Positions 37,592 to 46,954 of a DNA stretch of 64,000 bases are shown here, piece after piece. Each line of letters opens with the position of its first letter. Positions within the stretch are counted from its first letter, which is position 1. The stretch covers positions 103,385-167,384 of the forward strand of contig CAWIIV010000023.1 in the NCBI GenBank assembly GCA_963836205.1, given 5' to 3'. Position numbers and translations under genes: made by a program. The DNA comes from an uncultured Acidimicrobiia bacterium (GTDB lineage Bacteria > Actinomycetota > Acidimicrobiia > Acidimicrobiales > AC-14). Under the pieces are notes generated by a model that was given only the letters and a program-made list of their open reading frames with translations, was not told the DNA's origin and did no database searches.

Positions 37592-39481
37592 ATGAACCCA
37601 CGGACGGTGCGGGAACGATTTCGATACCGGTTCGACAACGTTATGTCCAAGCGAGGGTTCGCGCTCATCCCCCTGTGGATGGGTTTCGTGTTCGGCCTGG
37701 GGGTCATCATTGCCCTCTTCCTGTCAATCGTCGACCAACAGCCGTCGACCCTCAAGGGCACCCTGAGCCAGATGTGGGCCCGTGGGCTGGGCGTGTTCTT
37801 CATCCAGACGGGCGACGGCAACATCGGGATCGAAGTACTGACCCTTCTGTACGGCCTGATCGTGCTCTTCGTCAGCCCGGTGATGGCCGGCATCGTCATC
37901 GTCATGGCCATGAAGAGGCTCACCGCGTTGGTGAGCGGCCGGTCGGTAGTGCTCGAAAAGGGCCACACGGTGATCCTCGGCTGGTCGGAGCAGGTCTACG
38001 CGGTGATCGCCGGGCTGGTGAAGGCGAACAAGAGTCGAGGAAAGACGACGATCGCCGTCCTTGCCACCGAAAATCAGCTCGTCATGGAGGACCTCATCAA
38101 ACAGAGGGTCGGCGACACCGGCTCGACCCGCATCGTCTGCCGCACCGGAAACCCGATCGACACCAACGACATCAAGGTCGTCAATCTTGACGAGGCCCGA
38201 TCGATCATCGCGCTCAATGCCGAGGGTCCGGGCGCGGACAACCTGGTCATCCGGACGCTGTTGGCGGTGACGAACAGCGCCGATCGCTCGAAGTCTCCGT
38301 ACCAGGTGGTCGCGAGCGTGAGCGACAGCCGGAATCACCCCGCGGCCCAGATCGCGGGCGGGCCTGAGACCGCCGTCGTCAACGCCGACGACATCACGGC
38401 CAAGCTGGTCGTGCTGACCGCCCGCCAATCGGGTCTGTCTTCGGTCTACACGGAGCTCCTCAACTACGACGGCGACGAGGTCTACATCGTCAAGGAGCCG
38501 GCGCTGGCGGGGAAGACCTTCGGTGAGGCGCTCCTCGCCTATGACACTTCCGCGGTCATGGGCCTCCAGGCGGCCGACGGGACCGTGAGGCTCAAGCCGC
38601 CCATGGCGACGATGATCGCCCAGACCGACAAGATCATCGCCATCTCGGCCGACGACAGTTCCGTACGGGTGGGGGGCGCGGCACCCGCCATCGTCGAGCA
38701 GGCCATCGCTCCCGTGACCCAGCGGCCGGCTACCTCCGCCAAGACGCTTCTCCTCGGCTGGAATCGGCGGGGCAGGATGATCCTCCAGACCCTGGACTCC
38801 TCCGTCGGCCCCGAGTCGACCGTGCGCGTGGTGGCCGGCAGTGAGCACGAACCGGCCATCGGCGGGTTGATCGGTGGCACCACCTGGACGAACATCACGG
38901 TCACCTACGCCGCGGGTGACACGACCAGCCGGGAGACACTCGAAGGCCTGGAGGTCGGCACGCACGACCACGTCATCGTGCTGTCGCCGGACACCATGGA
39001 TTTCCAGGAGGCCGACTCCGAGACGCTCGTGACGCTGCTGCACCTGCGCGACATGCACGAGAAGCACGGTGAGCCCGGTCGGCATTACTCGATCGTCAGC
39101 GAGATGCTCGACGACCGGAACCGGAGGCTCGGACAGCTGACCAAAGCAGACGACTTCATCGTCAGCTCGGAGCTCATCGCCCTGCTGATCACGCAGTTGT
39201 CGGAGAACCGCAACGTCGGAGGGGTTTTCGCCGATCTCTTCGACCCCCAAGGGGCGGAGATCTACCTCAAGCCGGCCGAGGACTATGTAGCCCTCGGGCA
39301 GCAGCTCGACTTCTACACCGTGATCGAGGCGGCCCGCCGACGCGAAGAAGTCGCGATCGGTTTCCGGGCGGCCGAGCAGAGCGGCAAGGCGCCGGGATTC
39401 GGAGTCGTCCTCAATCCCAACAAGAAGTCCAAGGTGACCTTCAAGGCCGGCGACCGGGTGATCGTCCTCGCCGACAACTGA
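37592..39481 (+). CDS. CASTOR/POLLUX-like ion channel with RCK domains
   Basis: RFRYRFDN, GRSVVLEKGHTVILGWS, RQSGLS.VY.ELL, TLVTLLHLR, DDFIVS, GAEIYLKP. Confidence 0.85.
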   Translation: MNPRTVRERFRYRFDNVMSKRGFALIPLWMGFVFGLGVIIALFLSIVDQQPSTLKGTLSQMWARGLGVFFIQTGDGNIGIEVLTLLYGLIVLFVSPVMAGIVIVMAMKRLTALVSGRSVVLEKGHTVILGWSEQVYAVIAGLVKANKSRGKTTIAVLATENQLVMEDLIKQRVGDTGSTRIVCRTGNPIDTNDIKVVNLDEARSIIALNAEGPGADNLVIRTLLAVTNSADRSKSPYQVVASVSDSRNHPAAQIAGGPETAVVNADDITAKLVVLTARQSGLSSVYTELLNYDGDEVYIVKEPALAGKTFGEALLAYDTSAVMGLQAADGTVRLKPPMATMIAQTDKIIAISADDSSVRVGGAAPAIVEQAIAPVTQRPATSAKTLLLGWNRRGRMILQTLDSSVGPESTVRVVAGSEHEPAIGGLIGGTTWTNITVTYAAGDTTSRETLEGLEVGTHDHVIVLSPDTMDFQEADSETLVTLLHLRDMHEKHGEPGRHYSIVSEMLDDRNRRLGQLTKADDFIVSSELIALLITQLSENRNVGGVFADLFDPQGAEIYLKPAEDYVALGQQLDFYTVIEAARRREEVAIGFRAAEQSGKAPGFGVVLNPNKKSKVTFKAGDRVIVLADN

Positions 39482-40123
39482 TTCACCCCGGGGCGGTTCA
39501 CCGCGGGCAGTGGTCGGACCCGCGCTTACAGATGTCACGGCGCTACGGGCGGCGACGACGCCGATCCCCCGGACCAGACGATCCGGACCGCCGGAAGTCA
39601 CTGGACGTCACAGCTCGGCCGGACGTCCCTGGGCAGCTTCGGAGCGCGATGGCCGCCTCGCCACGGCACGTCGTGACAACCGCGAGCCGCTTGACAGCCG
39701 GGCGTCCGAGGGGATCAACTGAACGGTGCAACCGTTCGCTGGGGATCCTCGTGGTGCGTTCCTGCACGGAAAGGTAGGTGTCTCCTGGGCGGTCGATCGG
39801 CTCCAGGCGGGACGCCTTCTACCGCATGTGCGCACCGGGGACGAGAGGTGACGCGGATTCAGTACCGCAGGTGGGCTGTGGCGACGACTTTTCAGAGCCT
39901 GCGTCACTCCATACTTGGCAAAGCTTGGACCACCGATTCAAGCCTGGATGCGGAGGCGCTGATTCAGTTCGCCTCGGCGTACGGAACGCGCGGAGGCGCC
40001 AACGTCCGCACGGACCGCCGAATCCCTGAACTGAGTTCAGGGTACGGTCGGTGCCTGATACGCTAAGGCTGAAGAGCAAGACGATATCTATTTCATACCC
40101 CGAGACATGGAGAGGATATAACT

Positions 40124-40330
40124 ATGGTCGGCACTTCCCTCCTGGTGAAGCCGGTGGTTGTGTACTTGGCTGGGCTTATTACCGGTCCCCTGCTCATTCC
40201 GGTCGTCAAAGGCTCGGTCAAGGGAACGGTAAAGGCAGGTTTGCACGTGAAGAAGCTCGTCGATGACGCGGCCGCAGAAGTCACCACGGAAAAGGCAGTC
40301 AAAGAGCCGCGCGTGGCGGTCCGCACCTAG
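40124..40330 (+). CDS. DUF5132-like small membrane protein
   Basis: YLAGLITGPLLIPVVKGSVKGTVKAGLHVKK; RBS GAGAGGA. Confidence 0.65.
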   Translation: MVGTSLLVKPVVVYLAGLITGPLLIPVVKGSVKGTVKAGLHVKKLVDDAAAEVTTEKAVKEPRVAVRT

Positions 40331-40857
40331 TTCCACCCCGCGTGTCGTCCCGAATTGGGACGGACCGCCAGCTTGTCCCCCTCTGCGGAGGGCTGTCCCC
40401 GAGGCGGGGACGGTTCGCCGGTGGCTTGACAACTGCGCCCATACCTGACGAGTCGCTTTCGAGCGGCTCTGTCGGCGCGTTCTACGGACCCGCTGGGCGC
40501 GGTGCGGGCTCCGAGCCCATCGTGGTCAGTTCCGTGTCGATCAAGCTGCGGCGACAGCGCCACCACCGGTGCGGCGAGATCCGGGGGGCGCAAGGGGCTA
40601 CAGCGGCGACACTGACGCACCCCGGAGATCCGTCGGTGTCCCATCGAGCGCGGCCATTCCGCTCGGTCCTGGTGGTGGAAGCGCGAACCCGTCGAGCGCG
40701 GCGGGCCGGCGTCACGTCAGAGGAAGAACCGGCGCTCCGCCCGCCCGTAGCCGAAGAACGTGGCCATTGAACTGTGCACAATGCTGTCGGCGACTGCGCG
40801 CATGATTGCGCTCGTCAATTGAACGGCACCGATGCCCGCCGCAGTCAGGAAATGGCG

Positions 40858-41193
40858 CTATTTCTTGGCACTGACGATGACGGTGGCCGGCTTCGGCGCC
40901 TCTGCGCTGGTGACCGGCTTGGGCGGCTCGGCGCTGGCCTTAACCGTCGTCTTGGGCACTTCGACGGTGGCCTTCGGCGCGGCCACGGTCGCCTTGGGCA
41001 GGGCCTTTTCCTTGGCGCCCACCTCCGCACGTGATTCGGCGGCGATGCCATGAAGTTCCGCAGCCGCCTCATGGGAAAGGTTCTTTATCCCCATTCCGAT
41101 TTTTGCGGTTCCTTTGACGGCACCTCTCGCCACCGGCCTAATCACGGCTCGGGTTGCGGCACCAGCTGCGTAAACGACAATCAGGCCAAGCAT
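40858..41193 (-). CDS. DUF5132/PacL-like small membrane protein
   Basis: YAAGAATRAVIRPVARGAVKGTAKIG...ELHGIAAESRAE; K/P/A-rich tail. Confidence 0.65.
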   Translation of the reverse strand: MLGLIVVYAAGAATRAVIRPVARGAVKGTAKIGMGIKNLSHEAAAELHGIAAESRAEVGAKEKALPKATVAAPKATVEVPKTTVKASAEPPKPVTSAEAPKPATVIVSAKK

Positions 41194-41373
41194 ACGTTCT
41201 TCTCCCACCTTCATCGAGATATACGCCCTAGCATTGTACCACCACGCCCAGATGCCGAACCCTCGGGCCGGCCCTCGGTCCGCTCCGACGACGGACGTTC
41301 GACGAGCGCGAGACCGGCGTCCGTTCGTCCCCCCCGGGGCTCCTCGTCGGTGGGACGAACCGCGTTCGGCCCC

Positions 41374-42699
41374 CTACGCGTCCGTGTAGAGGGGATCCTT
41401 GGTGACGAACTCGAAGGGTCGCTCGAACGTGTCGAGGTCGCGATGCGTGCGCAACCACACCGCGTCGGGGTTGGCCCAGAAGTCCCCTGAGAGCATCTGG
41501 CCGAAGTACGGGGCCCAGTACCGGGGCAGCCCGGGCGCGGCGGGCAGCCAGTCCCACAGCCTGGCGATGCTGAGGTTCGACCGTTCGTAGAAGGAATACA
41601 TGAGCCGGAAGTAGGTGTCGTACCCCGTCTTGACCAGGTTCTCGAAGGCGGTGATCTCCACCTCCTCGTCAGAACCGTCGAGCAGTCGGTGGATCGCCTC
41701 TGCCGCTTTGACCCCGCTTATCGAGGACAGGAAGACGCCGGCCGAGAACAACGGGTCGACGAAGCATCCGGCATCGCCGATCATGAACCACCCCGGCCCG
41801 GCCAGGTGATTGGAGTGGTAGCAGAAGTCGGATTGCACCCTCACCTCGTCATACCGGTTCGTCGCCCCTTCCAACGCCTCGGCGATGATCGGTGCCCGCC
41901 GAAGGTGATCCTCGAAGACCTTGTCGCGATCCATGCCCTTGAGCTTCGACGCGTGGGTGACCGTGCCGACGCTGAAGCTCTGGGGCTCGATCGGGATGCA
42001 CCAGACCCACCCCTCGTCGTGCGAGCTCACCACCTGGTAGCCGTCGTGGGCTCGGCTGGCGCTTTCCACACCGTCGAAATGGCGGAACAGGGCGATGTTG
42101 TTGAGACGAGAATTGAGTTTCCGCAGCCCGAACTTGCGGGCCAGGAGGCCGGATCGCCCACTGGCATCGACCACCCATTTGGCGGTGGCGGAGCAGGGAC
42201 GGCCGTCACAGGTGTAAGAGAGTCCGACGATCCGGTCCTCGTCCATCTCGAACTCGGTCACTTCGGCGTTCTGAATGACGTGTACACCAGCGCCGACCGC
42301 CAGGTCGGTGAGGAGCCCGTCGAGCTCGGCCCGCTCCACGTTGTAGGCGTAGTTTCGCCGATTGGGCTGCGGTTGGGTGAAGTCGAAGACGAAGTTCTTG
42401 TCGACCTGCCGGTCGTCGATCTGGACGCCAGGCTTGTAGACGAAGGGGCCGGCCGCCACCGCGTCGACGATTCCCTCCTGGGCCCAGAGCTCGATCAGGT
42501 ATGGGATCAGCGACTCGCCGATGTGGAACCGGCCCCGGTCCTCCTTGTCGACGAGCAGGACCGAGTGGCCGCGCGCGCCGAGGTGGTGGGCACAGACGGC
42601 GCCCGCCGGGCCCGCTCCGATGACGATGACGTCGAAATGCTCGCCCGCGGCTTCGGGCGTCGTTCGGGCTGGACCAGGGCTCGCAGGTTGCGAGGTCAT
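41374..42699 (-). CDS. Flavin-dependent halogenase (carrier-protein-acting type)
   Basis: GAGPAG, RFHIGESL, DASGR, GWVWCIP (WxWxIP), GDAGCFVDPLFSAGV. Confidence 0.85.
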   Translation of the reverse strand: MTSQPASPGPARTTPEAAGEHFDVIVIGAGPAGAVCAHHLGARGHSVLLVDKEDRGRFHIGESLIPYLIELWAQEGIVDAVAAGPFVYKPGVQIDDRQVDKNFVFDFTQPQPNRRNYAYNVERAELDGLLTDLAVGAGVHVIQNAEVTEFEMDEDRIVGLSYTCDGRPCSATAKWVVDASGRSGLLARKFGLRKLNSRLNNIALFRHFDGVESASRAHDGYQVVSSHDEGWVWCIPIEPQSFSVGTVTHASKLKGMDRDKVFEDHLRRAPIIAEALEGATNRYDEVRVQSDFCYHSNHLAGPGWFMIGDAGCFVDPLFSAGVFLSSISGVKAAEAIHRLLDGSDEEVEITAFENLVKTGYDTYFRLMYSFYERSNLSIARLWDWLPAAPGLPRYWAPYFGQMLSGDFWANPDAVWLRTHRDLDTFERPFEFVTKDPLYTDA

Positions 42700-43084
42700 C
42701 GGCAGTGCCTTTCGTGGCGCGAGGAACAGGTGCGGAGGACGCGGGAGATGGTCCTTGAGAATACAGAGGAACCGTCACGGTGATGGCTCCGGGTGAAGCA
42801 CTGAGGCCGTCGCAACGAGAGAGACGTCGACCCCGCAGACGACGTCGATCGAAAGACTAGGTCACCTAGTCGAAGCCGTGCCAACGGCCGCAACCCCCTG
42901 ACCACCGGCGACGCCCGGATCGTAGACAGGCGTGCCGGCGGGATGGCGGGCCGATGACGTCGGGTCGCGGAGTGGAGAAACGGCCCGCCCCCCCCTTGAG
43001 CCACGCCGAGCGTTCGGAACGGGCTAGAGGGTAGAGCGGGTGAGCTTTCGCAGCGCCAGCACCGGGGTCATCGAGCGGTGCGAC

Positions 43085-45270
43085 TCACACGCCGTAGCCG
43101 TCACGGGGGGTGACGGCGAGGGTGTGGGCGATGCCGGCCCCAAACGCGGACGGGCTCAGGGAGGGGATCTCGACCGGTCGCAAGGCGTCCCGGGTCGTGC
43201 CCGTCCCGAGTTGGCCGAAGTGGTTCCAGCCCCATGCCAGGGCATTGCCACCGTTGCCCAGCCCCTGGGTGTGGTAGCCGCCGGCGGCGATGGCCTTGAG
43301 GCAGCAGACGATCTTCACCGGGAACGACTTGTTGACGGTCGTGCCGTCTCCCACCTGTCCGACGTTGTTCATCCCCAGGCCCAGACCGACGCGGTGCTGA
43401 GGGCGACGCTGTGATAGCGCCGGCACCGATGGAGCTCGTCCCGGTCAGCGTCGTGCCTGTGGGCCTGACCTCGAAGAGGGCCCGCGAGCTGATCCCGAGC
43501 TGACCCTGGTCGTTGAGGCCCAAGCTCCAGACGCGGCCGTCGCGGGTCAGCGCCAGGCTGTGGAAGTTGCCGGCGGCCACAGCGACGAGGTCGGTCAGGC
43601 CGGCGACCTTCACCGGAACGGCGCTGTTCGCAGTGGATCCGTTGCCGAGCTGGCCGACATGGCCGAGGCCCCAAGCCCAGACGCTCCCGTCCGACCTCAC
43701 GGCCAAGGTGTGGGCCACGCCCGTCGCGACTGCGGTGACGCCCGTCAGGCCCGGCACCTTGCCCGGGATGGCCCGAGAGGCTGACGTGGCTCCCGATCCC
43801 AGCTGGCCGTACTGGTTCCAGCCCCAGGTCCACAGCGTCCCGTCGCGGCCGACGGCGGCGCTGTTGATCGTGCCGCCCGCGACCATGGTTATCCCGCTCA
43901 GACCGGTGACCCTCACCGGCGACGTCCGGTCGAGGGTCGTCCGTCGCTGAGCTGGCCGACCCTGTTGAGCCCCCATGCCGACACCGTGCCGTCGTGGCTG
44001 ACGGCGAGGTTGTGGTAGGCACCGGCGACGGTGGCGGCGATGCGCTCCGGGCCCATCGCCGGCGCGGGCGCGTGGACGTCAGCGGTGCCCCCGGTGCCGA
44101 GTTGGCCGAGGTTGTTCAGGCCCCACGCCTGCACCCGGCTGGCGGAGCGGACCACGACCAGGCCGCTGGCGCTGCCCACGACGATGTCGGGCATCCCGTC
44201 GCCGTCGACGTCGCCAAGGTCGAGGCCCTGGGAGGAGCTGAACTCCATATGGCGCGTGTATTGGAGCTGCTCGGGGGCGAAGGTGCCGTCAGGACGCTGG
44301 ACGTAGACCCCGGCGTAGTTCCATCCCCCGTGGGCGGTCACCAGGTCCGTCCGGCCGTCGAGGTTCACGTCGGCCGCTTCGAGTCCGTCGGCAAGGTCAA
44401 GGGTTGCGAGCGGGACGGCCGTGCCGAGGAAGCCGTCGGGCGTCTGATGGAAGACGTAGATCCGCGAATACGGGATGTTCGAGCTGTTCGTCACGGCGAC
44501 ATCGGTGCGGCCGTCACCGTCGAAGTCGCCCAGGACCAGGCCGTGGTCGTCGCCGTAGGGCCAGGGGGACGGGGTAGTCGACAGGCGGCGCGAACGTGCC
44601 GTCACCGAGACCGGCCCGCACCTGGACCAAGGCGACCATGTGGCTCGACGATGTCGGCGATCCCGTCCCCGGTGAGGTCGCCGACCTCGAGCTCTCCGTA
44701 GGGCCAGGTGTCCGTCGACATCACCACTGCAGGCCCGAAGTCGCCCCCGCCCAGGCCCAGCATCGTCCGGATGCCGGTCGTGAAGATCGTGTCGATGACA
44801 AGGTCGAGCCGTCCGTCGCGGTTGAGGTCGGCGATGTCGACCTCGTCGACCTGCAGGTCCGAGATGTGGCGGGCGGGGAGCAGGCCGCCATCGCTCTGCT
44901 CGAATACCTCGATGCCGTTGCTACTCGAGGTCACCAGGTCGATGTCACCGTCGGTATCGATGTCGGCGGCCGCCTCTGAGACGACGGAAAGTTCGCCGGC
45001 GCGGGATTGGAGCAGCTGGGGTTCGGCGAGGGCACCGCTCGGGGTCTGGACCAACAGCGCGACGTCGGAGGAGTGCGCGAGCGCGGCCACGTCCGCCCGG
45101 CCGTCGCTGGTGAAGTCGGCGACGACCACGGCTTCGGACCTGACGAGGAAGTACTGGGGGGCGGCGAAACCCGGACGGAAGGCGGTGGGCGATGTCGACG
45201 CGGTCTCGGCGGGAACCCCGGCGGCGACGAGAAGGACCGCGACCGCCATGACCGCCGCCCTGGCCGTCAC
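43085..45270 (-). pseudogene. Secreted FG-GAP/VCBS + RCC1-repeat protein split by frameshifts
   Basis: DFxxDGRxD repeats, then WGxNxxGQLG repeats, distributed over four to five ORFs. Confidence 0.8.
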
Positions 45271-45726
45271 CCTTGTGGTTGCGCGCCGACCGGGCGCGGT
45301 CGAGCGTTGCTTTGTCCGGACAAGAAGGTCCGAGCCCGGTCCCTCATAGGCGCGGAGTGCCTGTGGACTTGGTCCTGGCCATTCCGCGCCCATCCGTTCT
45401 GTCGCCGATCCGTTGCCCGCGTATCGACTCGGTGAGGCCGAGGCTGAAGGCCAATCGTTCTCCGCAGGGTGAGGATCTCGGGCCGGGACCGGACCGGCTC
45501 CGGCGATCCGCCGGCGACAGCTGACCTCGCACACACTGTCGTGGGCCCGTGGCACCAGCGCGTCGGTAGCACCGTGTCGCCCCGGGCTGCTCGTGTCTCG
45601 ATCGGCACCCGACCAGTCGACCAAGGGGGCCCACCGGGGCTCTGAGCCCTCCAGACCCGCCAACTGGCGCGTCCGCGTGACCAGGCTTGTCGTCTTGATT
45701 TGGATGGGGTTCCGTCGGTAACCCGA

Positions 45727-45749
45727 GGTGGGCGAGGGGGGACTTGAAC
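45727..45749 (-). other. att core: 3' end fragment of a tRNA (Leu-like)
   Basis: Reverse complement GTTCAAGTCCCCCCTCGCCCACC = T-loop plus acceptor 3' strand; no upstream tRNA body. Confidence 0.8.
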
Positions 45750-45842
45750 TCCGATCCAAGAGCCTCTGATCGATGTCGATCGATGTTGAAAAGTGCCTCT
45801 GACCTGGAATTTGTAGATCGGCGTGCTGATCCGTGTTGGACG

Positions 45843-45886
45843 CTTCTACCGGATTTCTACCCGTCCGGTAGAAGATCCGGTAGAAG
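45843..45886. repeat. Putative integrase arm-type sites (TTCTACC x2, TCCGGTAGAAG x2)
   Basis: Direct and inverted copies next to the att core; same motif at 63930-63950. Confidence 0.7.
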
Positions 45887-46291
45887 TCATGGGGTCCGCC
45901 TATGGGTACGGGCCCATCGCTCAACCGCCTCGGCGATGTCCGCCGCGACGTCAGGGTCGGCGGGCGGGTGGCCCTCGTCGTCGCAGCACGGTGGCTTGTC
46001 ACGTTCCTCACCAAGCGCGGTGATCGCGAGCGCCGCCAGCAGCTGTCCGTAGACGTCGGCGCCTGAACCGTCGTGCCGAGCCACAAGAACCACGATCGCG
46101 TGATCCTTGTCCGGCCAGGCGAGCAGCATCCGGTCTTGCCCGTAGAGGTGCCGACAACAGACCTGGCCAATTACCTCGCCTGAGAGCCGATAGCCAGCAG
46201 CCTCGCAACCTCGATCCTCGAGCTCGCCGGTGGTTCGCAGCGCGGCTGCACGTCGATGACCTCGGAGGGCACGGACCTGGCGATCCGCCAC
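45887..46291 (-). CDS. RelE/ParE-like toxin (putative)
   Basis: (VEVRLT)SVADRQVRAL...YRLSG...CCRHL...RMLLAW...IVVLVARH layout; downstream of HTH gene; start uncertain. Confidence 0.5.
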   Translation of the reverse strand: MADRQVRALRGHRRAAALRTTGELEDRGCEAAGYRLSGEVIGQVCCRHLYGQDRMLLAWPDKDHAIVVLVARHDGSGADVYGQLLAALAITALGEERDKPPCCDDEGHPPADPDVAADIAEAVERWARTHRRTP

Positions 46292-46296
46292 TGACG

Positions 46297-46785
46297 TCAG
46301 TCGGACTTCGACCGTGACTTCTCCCGCCGGCGTTCATCCTTGCGTCGGAGCTCATCGATCTCGCGTTGGAGGTCGTCACCGATCGGAACAACCCGACCAG
46401 CGGCGAGATCAGCGAAGCCCTCCTCGGAGCCGGCCAACGCCGCCCTATCGCGAAGGATGCGCATGACCTGGACGAGCAGCTGCCGGTCGTCCTTGTGCCG
46501 GCGGATCAGGTCGAGAGCACGCTTCACATCAACCAGCGAGAGGACGTTGACACGAACAGGGGTCGTTCCGGCGATCGGTTCGAGCATGCCGGCCTCGATC
46601 CATGCCCTCACCGTCGGCTGCGAGAGCCCGAGCACCTGAGCGGCTTCAGACACCTTCGCCCCCCGATCCCTGTCGGCCAAGTGGCCGCGCACGGCCTCAA
46701 GTGACCGACGGCGATCCGGATCGTCCTCGTGCTCAGCGAGCTCCGCCAGAGTCAGCAGATCGTCGACGACCTCGACCAGTGACAT
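46297..46785 (-). CDS. HTH protein, putative antitoxin
   Basis: KVSEAAQVLGLSQPTVRAWIEAGML; C-terminal EGFADLAAGRVVP typical of antitoxins. Confidence 0.65.
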   Translation of the reverse strand: MSLVEVVDDLLTLAELAEHEDDPDRRRSLEAVRGHLADRDRGAKVSEAAQVLGLSQPTVRAWIEAGMLEPIAGTTPVRVNVLSLVDVKRALDLIRRHKDDRQLLVQVMRILRDRAALAGSEEGFADLAAGRVVPIGDDLQREIDELRRKDERRREKSRSKSD

Positions 46786-46954
46786 GGAGTCGAGGATACA
46801 CCCAGCCTTCGGAAAACGCCATAAATTCACAAGCACTCTGCCACGCCCAGCCGGTGCCGACGTCAGCGGAGAGTACCCCGACGGGACCTTGCCCTAGCCT
46901 CGATTGTGTCTCTTCGGCCCACACTGTCATCAAGGGGTTGGCCCGGGAGATCAG

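Noticed and set aside
45727-45749. Complete tRNA gene
   Set aside because: Only the T-loop and acceptor 3' strand are present; interpreted as att core
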